From Chara braunii (Eukaryota > Plantae > Charophyceae): a DNA stretch of 64,000 nucleotides. Shown here piece by piece: positions 12,049 through 25,629 of this stretch. The position numbers and the translations under genes were made by a program. The notes beneath the pieces are model-generated. The model was not told the DNA's origin. It ran no database searches and was given only the letters and a program-made list of their open reading frames with translations. The first letter of the stretch is position 1. Each line of letters opens with the position of its first letter. Where the stretch lies: positions 4,433,157 through 4,497,156 of the forward strand of contig BFEA01000029.1 in the NCBI GenBank assembly GCA_003427395.1. The letters run 5' to 3'.

Positions 12049-13460
12049 ATCTTTAAATATCAAAAACCTTAAAAGTCAATGCAGGTTGTCGCAGCTTCCA
12101 ACATCGTTTTCCTGGCCAAAAGGGAGCGGTGTGTATGAGGGTTCTTTATTTTACATGTCCCACATAGTTTGTAGTCGGAATTGAACGGTCAAAATCACGC
12201 AATTTTTTTTGCCCTTTCCGTTTCACTTCGTGGCAGGTACTAAAACCCTCTCTTTCTCAAATATTCACGTCGTTTACAATCTGAATATAAGGTACAGGAC
12301 CAGCGAGGGGCGATAGCGGGCTAGAGCGTGATTGTAAACTCATTACAGGGTAGCAAGATTGAGTATAGGGAAAATATTACATCTACTATAACAAAACCAA
12401 GATTGACAAAAGCAAAGCAATGTGATTCGCTTGAAAAAAAACTAGGGGTGGTGGATCCAAGTTGCGGTCTCTCGTACGTTCCACTTGCATGCACATGACC
12501 TCTCCCTGATGTATAATAATTCCTTTGTGTGTCCACCGTCGACTCGAGGATGCAAAGCGGATCGACCTGACCTATGGATACAAAATAGTGCACACTGGCA
12601 AACGGTTACGGACTTGCTGAATCTTCACCGAAAGTAATTATGAAGTGGGAAAGATTCAACGCTTTTAAATTTTTCTGAAATTGGGTTTCAATGATTTAAA
12701 CCACCACTCCATCTGACGTGGTTTAAAAGGTCCAGAAAATGTTAAATAACCTCCCTTTGGTGAATGTTGAACATTCTAAATTTTTGAAGAAATGAAAATG
12801 TTGAATATTTTGAATAATGCCCCTATATCCAAATGCAAATCGACGTTGAAGATTCTGAAAAATTTGAAGCGGTAAAGATGCTTAAAATTTTGAACCCCCC
12901 TCCCCCCCTTTCCCCCGGGATATTTGGGTAAATTTTAAAACTGAAGGTTTTGAAATTTTTTAAGTGGTGAAGATGCTGAAAATTTAGACCCCCCCCCCTG
13001 CCTCCCCTTGTTTTATTTTCTTCAAATAGAGGTTGTTCATAAATTTCAACGTCTTCACCACTTCAAAATTTTCATAAATTTCATAATTTATATAATATTA
13101 AAGTTTAATATTTCGAAAACTTTGGAGTGGTGAAAATGTTGAAAATTTTTTCCCGCCCCGCTTCCCTCTCTTTTGTTTTTTTTCTGGGAGAGGGGGGGGG
13201 GGGTTCAAAACTTCAGAACCTTTGTAAATGCAGAATCTTAGTGGACCCGTTAACCATCTCTCAAATAATGGTATGTAAAAAACCACCATTCGCTTTCTAA
13301 CCAAAATAACACGATTCACCAAAGCAATTTCTCACAACTTCCTTCTAACGCGTAAAAAGAGGATTGAAAATTATAAAAAAATCATTTGATCTACGTCGGG
13401 AGTAAAATCAGACGCTTAGTCATTCCAATATATATATATATATATAAGTATATATATATA

Positions 13461-14188
13461 CAGGGTTACCAGCCCGTACGTACGGAGGCCCCCGGGCGGA
13501 CCTCCGTACGTTCGGGCGTTCGGGGTCTCGTACGGGGTCTGAACCCGACGACGTTCGGCCCCCGCCAAAACTTATTTCGGGGCCTAAACATTTTTTTTTT
13601 TTTATGAATTTTGTTTTATGAGTTCTCTATGACGTCAGGTACATGCCTATAAATTTTCAAGTCATTTGGCTCAGCCAAAAAGGAATTAAAAATCACCAAA
13701 GATGGCGGTGTCAAAACGTGCTCGCCCATGTTTTTGTTTCACTTTTTACTTTTTGTTTTCACTTTAGTTCGGAGTCTAAACCCTTTTATTATTTTTTGAA
13801 ACTTTTTTAGTGGTTTTTGTATTATGTGAAGTACACATCCGTAAATTTTCAGGCCATTAAGCTATGCCAAAAAAAAAAAAAAAATCGCCAAAGATAGCGG
13901 TGTCGAAAACATGCTCGCGCACTCACTAAATTTATTTTTTTTATTTTTTTATTTTTTATTATTAGTATTGGTTCTGTGTATTTCATTTTTATTTTAAATT
14001 TGGTGAGGAATTTGGACGTAATGCTCAAGCAAATTTTGTTGAATTTATTTTTTTCCATAATATATTTTTTTTTCAGATTTTTTTAATGATTTTTTTTATT
14101 TTTTTTTTGTCCGCGTTTGGCCCGAACCGCCGAACGCATCCCCAAGGGATCCCATACGTTCGACCCATCCCGAACGCCGGTTACCCTG
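13461..14188. mobile_element. Non-autonomous DNA transposon (hAT-like CAGGG termini) inserted in (TA)n
   Basis: Ends cagggttacc ... ggttaccctg are flanked by (TA)n on both sides. Subterminal cgttcgg/ccgaacg motifs occur at both ends, with an AT-rich core carrying an internal direct repeat. Confidence 0.7.
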
Positions 14189-14527
14189 TATATATATATA
14201 TATACATATATATATAGGTCAGCAAAACAATTCATGCATATTCTTATTATTCATCCAGCCAAACACCAATCGCTCAATATGTCATTCTTTTAGTTTACTA
14301 CAAATTTTAACAAAGAATAAATTTTTCATTTTCGAACTTTTCCAATTATAGGGGTTCTAATTATTCGAGCTTAAATCATTGCATCACAATTTATCATCCA
14401 TAACACACTAATAAACAGAAACAAAATGAAGGCGGAAGCATTCCACAAAAATCGCAAGGCAGAAAGCCACACAAAGAGACGAGGGAATACAAATATTCAT
14501 TCACGCATTCTTATGAGTCATCGACGG

Positions 14528-14563
<36 letters not shown>

Positions 14564-17530
14564 CATGTGTGTACTAGTCCGAGACAACATAATATCATAC
14601 ATTGGCAGAAAACATTCTTATCAAACCATATACAACAGTTGATATGAAGTTGACTTTCAGCGTAAGAGGGAGTGAAATAATTGTGTTTGGTGGATTGAGA
14701 GATAGTTAATGGAAGACAAAAAAATCATGTTTTTTGTGACACCGTCACGAGCAATATGATGCCCAAAGAGGACTTGCAATTTATCAGATCACGATGTGAG
14801 AGACTTAGCCACTTTCTACGCAATGATTCGATCTCTATGGTCCTTTTGGCTTACCAAAATTTCAAATAAAATATGCAAGGGCGAGAAGACCAACCCATGA
14901 AAGATTGCATAAAGAGAAACCAAGATTCAACAATATTAAAACGAAGAGGGAAGGCGAGAGAGAGGGAGGAAAAAACAATTACGATTGCAGGAGTGAGGTG
15001 CAAAGGAGGAAGAAGGTTACTCGTAAGATAGGATGCTCGCATGCAGACATAGATGCCATAAGCATGAAAATGGAAAGGCAGAGGATAGTTATGCAAGACA
15101 TCAATGAAAACGAAATAATAGTGTCTAATAACAAATTTCAAACCTGAAGATTTTGAAAAAAAAATGAGCGCTCACAAAAGTGCACGAATCAGCTGCTAAG
15201 TTTATTTCGTTTTCGATGCACGAAAATAAAAACATAAATTCAAACAATACTTTTAGAAACATACTATGAAACTAAAACATACTAAACTGAAAAAGAGGAA
15301 TTATAATATAATTTATGATAGAAACTTATATTGTGCAGAAAAAAAAATAGAAGTAAAATAACTCGTCACATGGTTGAGTCATCCTATGTGGAAATGAAGC
15401 AATACAGTAAGATGAAGTGTTGAGAAAGCGGTTGTCGAAAGATTGAAAAAACAGCAACGTTCCATTTGCCCAGATTTTTCACGCCAAATTAAATATAAAA
15501 AAATCTTTTAAAATCTTTTGCATCTCGTTTGTAGAGTCCGACTTGAAGCCTAAGGTTGTCTCCCATTGATTTTATTGTTATTTTTTCGATAAACATGTTC
15601 GAGGAACTGTTGCTTGGATGTAATATGAGTGTCCTTCGAGAGAGGACTCCATAATTCTTATGGTTCGTATCTATTGGTAGAGAGTTGCACCTGTTGGAAA
15701 CTATGCCCAACACCCGAAGGTTGTGGTAGCTCGATTGGTTAGAGGTTTGACGTTGTAGAAACGAGGTTGTAACTCCACTTTGTTGACCCTAAGTCTCTCT
15801 GCCGCACGTCCAATTGGTGTTAGGTTAACACCCAAAACACTTGCCCCCAGCCTAACACAATATAGATGAACCTTTATGATAATCGTGATATTATTTAGAG
15901 GATAGTTAGGTGGAGGAGCGCTATCTTATGGGGTACCTATAAGGGGCAGGGTAACTCATCATAGAGGGCAGTGAAGTCCTTGGAGGGAGCAAGTCTAGAG
16001 TAGGGGAGTGGTCTACATTGAATCGCGAGGAGGTGGGTAACAGGGTAGCTCACAAGGTTAGGTAGTAACTCAGACGAGGGAGGAGGGAGCATCACTTAGT
16101 GAAGGCATTATCATAGAGGGCAGTGATGTTTTTGAAGGGAGTGATTGCAGAGTACGGGTATAGTCTACCCTGAATCGCAAGGAGGCGGGTGAAATTTGTG
16201 AGGTCTGCACCTGTATCCGGGTCTGCGTGTGTGGCACCTTGCCATGTGGGCGAGGGTAGTTCTACTATGTTAGGTAGCACATTGGATGAGTGGTCCTATG
16301 GAATATAACATATATGTGTTAAAACAAACATGTGCAAATTCACATATCACGAGGCTAGGTTCTTCGGAGGAAATTAGGAATATAATTCAACTATAAAACG
16401 AATGATATATACTACTAGGAAGGTGTGAACCCTGGCGTGGAGTATAAATTGATTATGTAGTTGGGCAAGGAATATGCATAATTTAACGTACTATAGACCC
16501 ACATCGAAAATGACAGAGAGAAAACATGCACAACTAAGTCGAGCCGAAGTAGGAACTGTGCATGCGCGAATTTCTACACGATTTATAAATTACCTCATAT
16601 AGAAGCCTATATACTACCTTTGAAGACATAATTAAGTTATCTATTATTTTGAAACTTTTAAATTTGTACTATGACTCAAGTTGTAACGTAGGAAGGAAAA
16701 CTACCTACCTTGAGATTCATTTTTTTTTTTTTTTTTTTTTTTTGTGTAATTTTGTAACTAGAATGTGCATTATACGCACATATAGTAGTAAGGATTTTTT
16801 TTTTAATTATGATTTTGTATTTGCTTTAAGATTTTAGGCTCTCTGCTTTTTGTTTGAGTATGTTGTGAAACCGAACTTTGTCCCTATTCACGAGTGCAGT
16901 TCTTCATGTTCTTTTTGTTTGTGCCTTAATTTTGCTCGCAATCTTCAACTGTCATCACTCTTCTTCATCTCTCTTGAACTTTGATCATAACTGTTATTTT
17001 TCCATCATTTGTTTTTCCTTGATACTTGTGCACCTAGCTCTAGCCCGTGCACCTGCCCGCTTCTCCTTCTAGCCTCAATTCTCATTCCGTGAAGCGATTC
17101 AACCGAGACTGGTGTGTGGAGTATGGCCAAGTCCCCCACACCACAGTCAAAGTATGCAACGTGTGGGCACTCCCTTCTCTGTTTTTTTGCTTTATCCCGC
17201 TATTATCACACATGCATTCGAAAGTTATAAATTTAGGAAGCACGACTTTATGTATCGGTAATCTAGCTTGGGAGTTAGCGCTATCGAGTGCATCGGTCCC
17301 ACAGAGGGGACCCTCTTTCCATCCACCCTCATTGAAACCAAACGAAAGTCGCATCACGGTTATTCTAACAAGTGTCGTTGGACCCAAGGCCTATCGACCT
17401 CCAACATTATGGTGTGGTATTATCTAGAGGTCGTGTGTTTAGGTGCACGGTCAAAAGGATGCCAACTTTTACCAAATTGGCAGGAAAGGTTTTTGCTTTC
17501 CGTTAATCGGACCCGACTAAATCATGCGCA

Positions 17531-18300
17531 AACCCAAAACAACGTAAATTAAATAACTAAGTTACGGGATCGCGACTCTGTGAACTCACGCGCTCGCCAC
17601 TTCCTATTTATGCATGGTGAGTACCGAGCGCACACCCTCTTGATACCTTTACCGAAATATTACCGACTAAGTTTTAAGATAAAGGCTAGTTCAGTAACCC
17701 GCTGATATTGCGAGGTACCGAAAGATCTCGGCTTGGTGGTGGACGTAATGTCGAGTCACACACTGTGACAATCAAGCCTTTCCAGTGGTCGGTGCTGATA
17801 CTAACATAGATTTTCTCCACGCATATGGCAAGCCTAATCAATCAAAGTCGTCGCGCACTCTCCTCATCGTGCAAACCCATAGATTAGCTAACTGACCTGA
17901 CTATTTGGCCTAGAGGAAACCCAAATAAAAAATAATCAATGTAAATTGAATAACCGAGTTACGAGATGATCGAGATCACGACTCAACGAATTCAAGTATT
18001 CGCCTCGTCCCATCTATGTAACGCAAGTATCGACTGTGCGCCTTTTCGATACCTTTGCCAAAATACTGCTGACTAAGTCCTTGGATAACGGTTAGTCTCA
18101 TTACCCGATGACATCACTCGGTACTGAAATATCTCAGCTTGGTGGTTGACACAATGTTGAGCCACACCCTGTGGCAATCAAGCCGTGCTTGTGGTCGGTG
18201 TCGATACTTACACAAGTGTGCTCTACGCATGCGGCAAGGGTAATCAACCAAAGTCATCGCACACTTTCGTCCTTGTGCAAACCCGCGGATTAGCTTACTG
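17531..18300. repeat. Diverged ~390-bp tandem duplication
   Basis: 17531-17895 aligns with 17917-18300 (aaacccaaa...gtaaatt.aataac..agttacg...gatacctt...gactaagt...aatcaagcc...gtggtcggtg...gtgcaaaccc...gattagct). Confidence 0.75.
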
Positions 18301-19049
18301 ATTGCCGAGGTTGGTAATTATTTGGTCAATTATTACCCGATGCAATAATGTGCGCTTATACTTACACCCTACATTTATGCAATGACTAAGGTCGTTGAGG
18401 TGTGCGCTCAGGTGAGAGTTGACGCATCATTAAGTCCTTGCATCATCACAGCTGCACCCTGTGCAATCTGCAAAGGCACGATAAACACCCTTGTAAGGGT
18501 GTTCGTTATGACAGTCATCCCAGACCCTATTAAGCGACTTCATCATCACATCGGGTGTCCTAAGTGGACAACGGTTAAGTGTCACCATAAAATTTTTCAT
18601 GTGGATAGCGTAACTTGACTAGCCTGACTAGACAAGTTATCGATCTATGTCGGGATTCAAGTCTTAACATACTCATGGTTAATCTTCCTTTTACAAAAGC
18701 CGAACGTGGATAAGAATATAATTATTTTCGTTGTCTTATCGTGAACATAAGGTTTACTGCAATGGGTCAAACTATTTACATCCCTGTATGTTTATGAAAG
18801 ACAATTCGATCTTGAACTTATTCTGACAACCTTCTCATAATCCTTAAGGTGACATTCCGGTCACATCGAGGGAAAAACTAAAAACATAAGCAAAAAATAT
18901 AAGTAAATGCACAAGCTGACCAATGGATAACAAAGTCCACATAAACGGAAGGACCTCATTGAGGCTTTAGTACGTTGGCCTCGTGACATCCCTATAACTA
19001 GCAGGGGTTGAACCTGCACCTCATGTCTGACTCACGAAAATTCCCTTTT

Positions 19050-19195
19050 GAACCACCAGTACATCCGAAAAAAAAGATTGAGTCTTTCCTGAAAAGTAAG
19101 AGGCTATGAACCACCGATTCATTTTATCGACGGCCCATGACCTCCATATTTTTAGGAAAGACTCAATCTGTTTTTTCGGATGTACTTGTGGCTCA
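19050..19195. mobile_element. Short palindromic MITE-like element
   Basis: agtacatccgaaaaaaaagattgagtctttcct ... aggaaagactcaatctgttttttcggatgtact inverted arms. Confidence 0.6.
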
Positions 19196-19221
19196 ACACT
19201 ATCGTTTTGGATTTTTCCTAA

Positions 19222-22200
19222 TGTGACGGACCCGATAGCGGCCCCGTCAATCTTAAGACGAGGGGTTGAGGAATGAGGAGATAGCGATGAGGTTGGAAGG
19301 GAAAACGTAGCTTCGACGCGGACTCACGCGCATGTACTTCAAGATGTGTAAATGAACTTGAAAAATGATCAAAGTGCACTGACATACTGCAACTGCGGTA
19401 TACCCTTGGCGGACGATCTGGACTGAACTGAATTGGTATCGACAGTTATATCAAAATGGACTGAACTGGATAGACACGTGGCCTATTAGCTCAACCCAGC
19501 AGCATGGTCCCACATGTTGAACGAACAACATGCCAAATAACTCTAGCTATACGTGAGGGTAGACAGAGACCCGTTGCACAATCCTCAAACTTGTGGTGGA
19601 TCACAAGAGCCATAAACACACTATCCACAAAAGCAGCGGAACTCTACAATAATAAAGCTGGAAAATATAGGATGTGGAACAAGCTCCTTGCAGAGGATGT
19701 GGAACAAGCTCCTTGCAGAGGATGTGGAATAAGCTCCTTGCAGAGTCCATGCGATGCAGCCTAAGCTACATAATTTCATAAAGAAAATCGAATGTTTTAT
19801 ATATACATCCTAACTAGTAGCAGGAAATTGCATGTAGCATAATACAGTCTTAAGATCCTGGAGGCAACTACCTCAGTGTTGAAACTCTGATATACATATC
19901 ATAACTAGCCGCATGAAATAAAATGTAGCATGATACAATCTTAAGATCCTGAAGACAACTGCCTCGGTGCCGAAAGGAAAAGATAGCAATATGTCACAAA
20001 ATAATGTCGTTCCGCTACACTACTGAGAGTGAGACGGTCTCAAAGGGGGTAAATGAAAGCCTAAAATAAAAAACTCATAGGGCCAGTCATCAAAAAAATA
20101 TGAGATAGGTTGTCTGGCTCAGGGTGGGAGGAGTGGTAAGGAAACAAAACCAATGACCATAACAAATAAACCATAAAGGCGGGAAATGCCTGATAAAAGA
20201 GTGACATCATGCAGAGTCGACTATGAAAGAAAAGCCTGAAATATGAGAATATGCTTAATTAAAGGCATGGAATGGCTGAAACTAGGTGTGATGAATACAG
20301 TGGGTGACGGAAACATGCACACAACTCACCGACTGGGAGAAATCCGAATTAGGGAACAGGGAATCCAAAATAACGTTACGGTCCCAATGCCTATGCGATA
20401 CTAGAGGGGAGCCAAACTCGACGAAAACCAGCTAAGTGAGAATCATTATACGACACAAAAGAAAATGTATAAGTTAAGATAATGGCATCACAGTGAAGTC
20501 GTCATGTCCAAAGTAACTGAAGTTGATGAAGTAGCTGAAGTTGTCGAGCTCTGCTTTCGTCGATGAAGTATGAGTCCGAGTCGAGTCGATATCGAAGCAG
20601 AGCCGCAAAACGCGGACATCCTGAGTAAAGCTGGTGATGGATTACATGAGGGTGCGAGTAAGTGGAAGAGATGTAGGTAGTGAGAGTGACAATCATCTAG
20701 ATGCTGAGGGCGATGATGAATGCACTGTCGACGCTCGAAAGCGTCTGTCTGTTGCTGAAGAACAACATCAGAGGGAGCACACTCATTCTCAACGATATCC
20801 TCAGCCAGAGAAGGAGGAAGAGGATCAGTTGGTTGAGCAGGAGAAAACATCTCAACACACTGAACATGATTGTATGTACGCACCAACATCCGGGCGTGTT
20901 GTAAGTACTCGAGGGCTCCCAAGTAGTCTCCTCATCAGTAAACACTTCCAACGCACTAGGTAGTACTCATTGTGTGGAAGGTTATCGTCCGTGACTCGAT
21001 GAGATACGATATCGGAAATGACATACTCCTCGTGACCGTCCACTATGATAGGTGAAAAACGCTTATAAGGAGGTCCGATGAAGCGCTCGGACGGACTACG
21101 ATAAGGACGCAACAATGGGACGTGGTAAACATCGTATACGCGAGCTTAACGCAGATAATCAGACAACTTCACGTGGAAGCTAACCGGACTGGTGGCAGAG
21201 TCAGAACTGGTGCTTGGAAGGATGAGGCATGAGAAAAAGAAGCGACGCATGAACTTACAAAGCGTATCCGCTTCGAGCTACAAGTGGTGGGAGTCGACGA
21301 ATATATCGTCATCGACTTTGAATGTATAATTCCGAGTCATTGACGAGTGGTTTGCTCGTGCAACTATGCGGGTCTGGGAGGCGGCTATACACTCGTGAAC
21401 AAGCTTCATAATCTTTGTCGTATGTGCAATTCAGTAGTCAAGCACAGAGCGACGAGGGTTTGGTTTGCAACGGCGATGGTCATAGAAAATCCGTGGTTGC
21501 ATGAGGGTGGTAGCCGAGGTCGCAATTGAATGACAACATTCCCGTAGCTGGCGAAACGACGTGGTTATAAGCGATCTCCGCATGAGCTAAGTGTAAGTCT
21601 CACTCTTAGTATCCCTAACAAACTTTCAGAGGATATTATTGAGAGTTTTGTTGGTGACCTCAGTCACCATCTGTCTAAGTGTGGTTAGACAATGATAAGC
21701 GGAGTTGGGATCCGTACACGTCGTGTAGGAGTTGCTAGAATGTACTGGTAAAGTGTGGATCACAGACGGAGATGATGCTCTGAGGTAAGTCGTCTAGTGG
21801 AGGGAACGCATACGCGTGGTTCCTCACGACCACACTTGTCATGCCAGTACATGAGACAGTTAGCATCAAGGGAATATGGAGGAACAATCTTACCACTTTG
21901 CAATGTCATGTGATGTCGCAATAATTTGTGCAATAGCGGTACTGGGTGCGAAATGCGTCGGTCGCTGAATGATACATTGTGGTGACCGAGATCGAAGCAA
22001 GCTACATCGATTCTTGATTGTGATCAGGATGGCAAAATAAGATGTCGACGATTCGGTATAGGCTTAGTGGTAAAAGTGAACTCAGATAAGTCGCACCACC
22101 AACGTGCCTGTTGAGAGGAAAGTTCGACGTTCGTGAAGAAAGTATGGATAATAGAGTTCGCTATGCACATAGTGAAGGTCGTTCGGTGCAGGTAATGAGG

Positions 22201-25200
22201 CCGGTATCGGGTAACATAAACTATTGTGAGAACCTCACGTTTATTAGTAGTGTAGCTTATCTCGGCAGACAGTAACCGACGGGAACAAAAAATGACCGGA
22301 CAATCCCCAACACGAGCCTCGATGGTCCAGTCCTCACAACGGTCGGAGAGAGTTACGGGTGGACTGCAAATAGAGGGAAGTGGTAGATGGGTAAGCGTCA
22401 ACCGAAAAAAGTGTCAGCAAAAAAAAAAACGAGGATGAGGAGAGTCGTGTGTAGTAGGAAACACTTGATAAAGTATAACTCCTACTGCAAAATCTGCCGC
22501 ATCGGTGGTCATGATAAAAGGACGATCAAAATCGGAAAGACTAAGAACGGGCGCACAAGTCACGCCTTCTTGATGGTGCAGAAAACATCATCGCAGTTGG
22601 GTGTTCAAAAGTACAACACGTTTTTCGGGAGGAGGGTAGAGGTGAAGACGTAGTTATACATAGCGTATTCCCAGATGAAGTTACGATAGTAATTAATAAA
22701 GCCTAGGAAGGTGCGAAGCTACTTGGGGGATGTGGGAGCGGGCCAATCCGCGATAGCAGTGATCTTTGCATTGTGTGTGAAGACCTTGGTCAGAAACATG
22801 GTGTCCTAAAAAGTTCACTTTGCATTGGGCAAATCAGCATTTACCGAGTTTGGCGTAAAACCCATGCTTGCGTAAGCGTTGTAGGAAATCAAAGAGGTGT
22901 CGAATATGGTTTTCTAAGATACCGAGTATAGACCAAGATGTCGTTCAGGTACACGATAATATACTCTTCAAGGATGTCCCTGAAGATATCATTTATCATC
23001 ACCTAGAAGGTGGCAGGTGCAATGGTGAGGTCGAATGACATCACTGTGAGCTGGTATTGGCCGAAGTGCGATCTAGAGGCGGTCTTCGGCTGGTCCTCTG
23101 CGGCAACACGGATCTAGTGACAACCACGAGGAAGATCGATCTTCGTAAAGAAGCGGGTGCTTGCAAAACGATCAAATAGCTTATCAGCGAGAGACATGGG
23201 ATAATTATTTTAGTCGTGTATAACAGTTAAGGTCGTGGTAATCAACGCAGAGGCGAAAATTTTTGTTCGCTTTGAGAGCAAATAGTACGGGTGCACCCCA
23301 ATGGGAGTTACTGGGTTTGATGAAACCCAGACGAAAAAGTTCCTCAGGTTGACGCTTAAGTTCCGCCGCCTCCTGAATCGAGAGTCGGTAGGGTGCCTGA
23401 TGGTGGATGAGGTAGTCAAGCATGACCTGGATAGAGTGTTCAACACCGCGCATCAGAACGATCCCGTTGTATGAGAAATATGGAGGAAAAACGTCGTGGT
23501 ATTATCGAATCAAGTCATGAACGGCGAACTTTTACTCGGTCATGAATCGCGAGAGTTCCTCAACGTGTGGGTTGACACGAAACATATGTGTGGACTCGGC
23601 AGTAGATGACGTGGGGGTTTGGGATTCATAGATTGAGAGGTGGATGTAGAGATGGGAGGTGCAAAGATATGGGAAGAGTCAGGGGGATTGGGATCTAAGG
23701 ATATGAGCTCAACTTCTGGGTAAAGAGGATTATAGCGGAGGATATCCATGATGTTCATCGAGTAGAGGGTGGTGTCCTCCTGACGCAAAAAGTCAGCGGA
23801 CAGGCGAGGGGATGTGAAAACGATGTCCGGATGGGTATTGGAGGGATGATTGTCCAGGGGGGTAAGTCTCGAGGGGTGTCGTTTGTGGTACCCATGAAAG
23901 GGACACTACAATTTCGTTTTAAGAACAAGTGTCTCGGTGACCCATTTGCCCTCTATGCCACAAAATTTGCGGGACCAGGGAGTGCCAAGGATAAAGTCGT
24001 ACCTAATATCTAACACATCGAACTGTGCAGAGGAATGGTAGCGGCAAGTCGACAGGGTACTATTCGACAACTGAAGAGTAAGGGAAAATAGGAAGTTAGG
24101 GACCGTCTGATCGAATAATCACAACGTCTTGTTATCTCCAAGGGTAACGGAGATAGGAGAGTAAGACCCAGTAGGTAGCTAGACGAGCTTCCTCAACCAC
24201 GTGAGGGTGAACGAAATCTCTTTGCAAGTCGAAGTCCCATAAAGTGAGGTACACCCTCGTAGATGTCCCAAGGCGAATGATAATGATTGAGAGGGTGCGA
24301 TCATGGTTGGAGAGTAGAAAGAGAAGACGATGCAAGAATGCATATGTCTGGTAAGTCGCTCTTGACAAGCCTAAAGAATGCTTAGATCCAGGAGAAATGA
24401 CACGACATCATCACGAGTCATCAGTTAAAAACGACTAATTGTGCAAATAACGCAATACATTGAAAATCTCGAAGGGGAAGGACTAAATGCATTGGTTTGC
24501 TGGGGGGACAAACGGTACCTTGACAAACGGTGGGGCAGAGGGAACTGCATCCGTCGTGGTATGAGGAACCTCTGATGTGGTTGACTAGGAGGCAAACCGT
24601 GACTCTGTGGTCAGAAAGTCGTTTGTCGGCGAGGCCTCAACGACACATTGCACCATGACTAGCTAGGTGGGCCGGCCGAGTTGGCACTGGGGGGGGACTG
24701 AGATCGGCAAGGAAGTGAAATGTCGTACTGATCGAGAGCGGCATGGTATGGATACCATGAGGAGGTGTATCCATCCTGGCGACAACGAAGGCAACCGCTA
24801 TGGATCTCCATGACGGCATGCTAATCAGGGGATAGAGCTCCGTGAGGAGAGACAAAACCTAGCGGAAGATACATCTGTGAAACAGCGAATGTGCGACCAC
24901 TAGGCTGTGCGGACCTGCTGTGAGCACGACCCATGATAGCGGACATGGTCATCAACAAGCAATCACCAGGGATAGTCGTGTCGTCATCCAAATGGAAGCG
25001 AATGACGTCCATGAGCTTAAGGTCCTGAGGGGCAGCCCCAAGGGTAAGGTCGAGCTCGACCATGGCGTGATCGTTATACTCGAGTGCACTGTAGCGTTGA
25101 GAGAATGGTGCTCCAGGCTGAGTTGAGCGACAAAAATGACCAGTGAAAGAGGAGAGACCTCGAGTGGTCTCACGAGACTAGATGGTAGCGGTTGACCGCA

Positions 25201-25600
25201 AAAAAAAAGGTGTCTAGCGCATCGGTCTTGCTAGGGGATCCTTCCAGGCGCGTTATGCAGGATTTAGCAGGACTTCCAACCGAGCAGTGCCGCTCCGGCT
25301 GAGTGCACCAGCCATACCTCTCGTAAACCCTTACGACAGGATAGGGTCACGAGAGGTACAATGTATCTCCACCTATGGGAGTTGTCACCATCCCATCAGT
25401 AGGCGTATCCTCACCGAGTTATTGAACCACGTGTGAAAGCTTCTCGGGTGCAATCGCAGAGGTGGCCCAGCCTAGGATGTTTTTTTGTTCGTTGTAGCAT
25501 AGAGGATACGCGCGATTAATCGAACCCACACGAGGACTTCCGCTTGGGTTGCTGATACCCCAAGCGCAGCCCTACGCCTGTCGACTAGGACGACCAGTCT
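19222..25600 (-). mobile_element. Degenerate Ty3/Gypsy chromovirus LTR retrotransposon
   Basis: Order on the minus strand: RT (HQAPYRLS...IKPSNSHWGAPVLF...FRLCVDY, 23205-23453), RNase H (SRRLLSAEISYTTNKREVLTIV, 22024-22401), integrase remnants, chromodomain (EEYVISDIVSHR...YYLVRWK, 20852-21115). Many stop codons. Outer limits are approximate; a possible LTR start TGTGAC is at 19222. Confidence 0.85.
19670..19745 (+). repeat. 25-bp tandem repeat x3
   Basis: ggatgtggaacaagctccttgcaga repeated three times. Confidence 0.85.
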
Positions 25601-25629
25601 AACCACCTGATACACCTCTCAAGGGAAAC

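Noticed and set aside
17082-17387. Possible integrase C-terminal (GPY/F-like) remnant
   Set aside because: Similarity (WKEGPL...VLPK) is too weak to call without a search.
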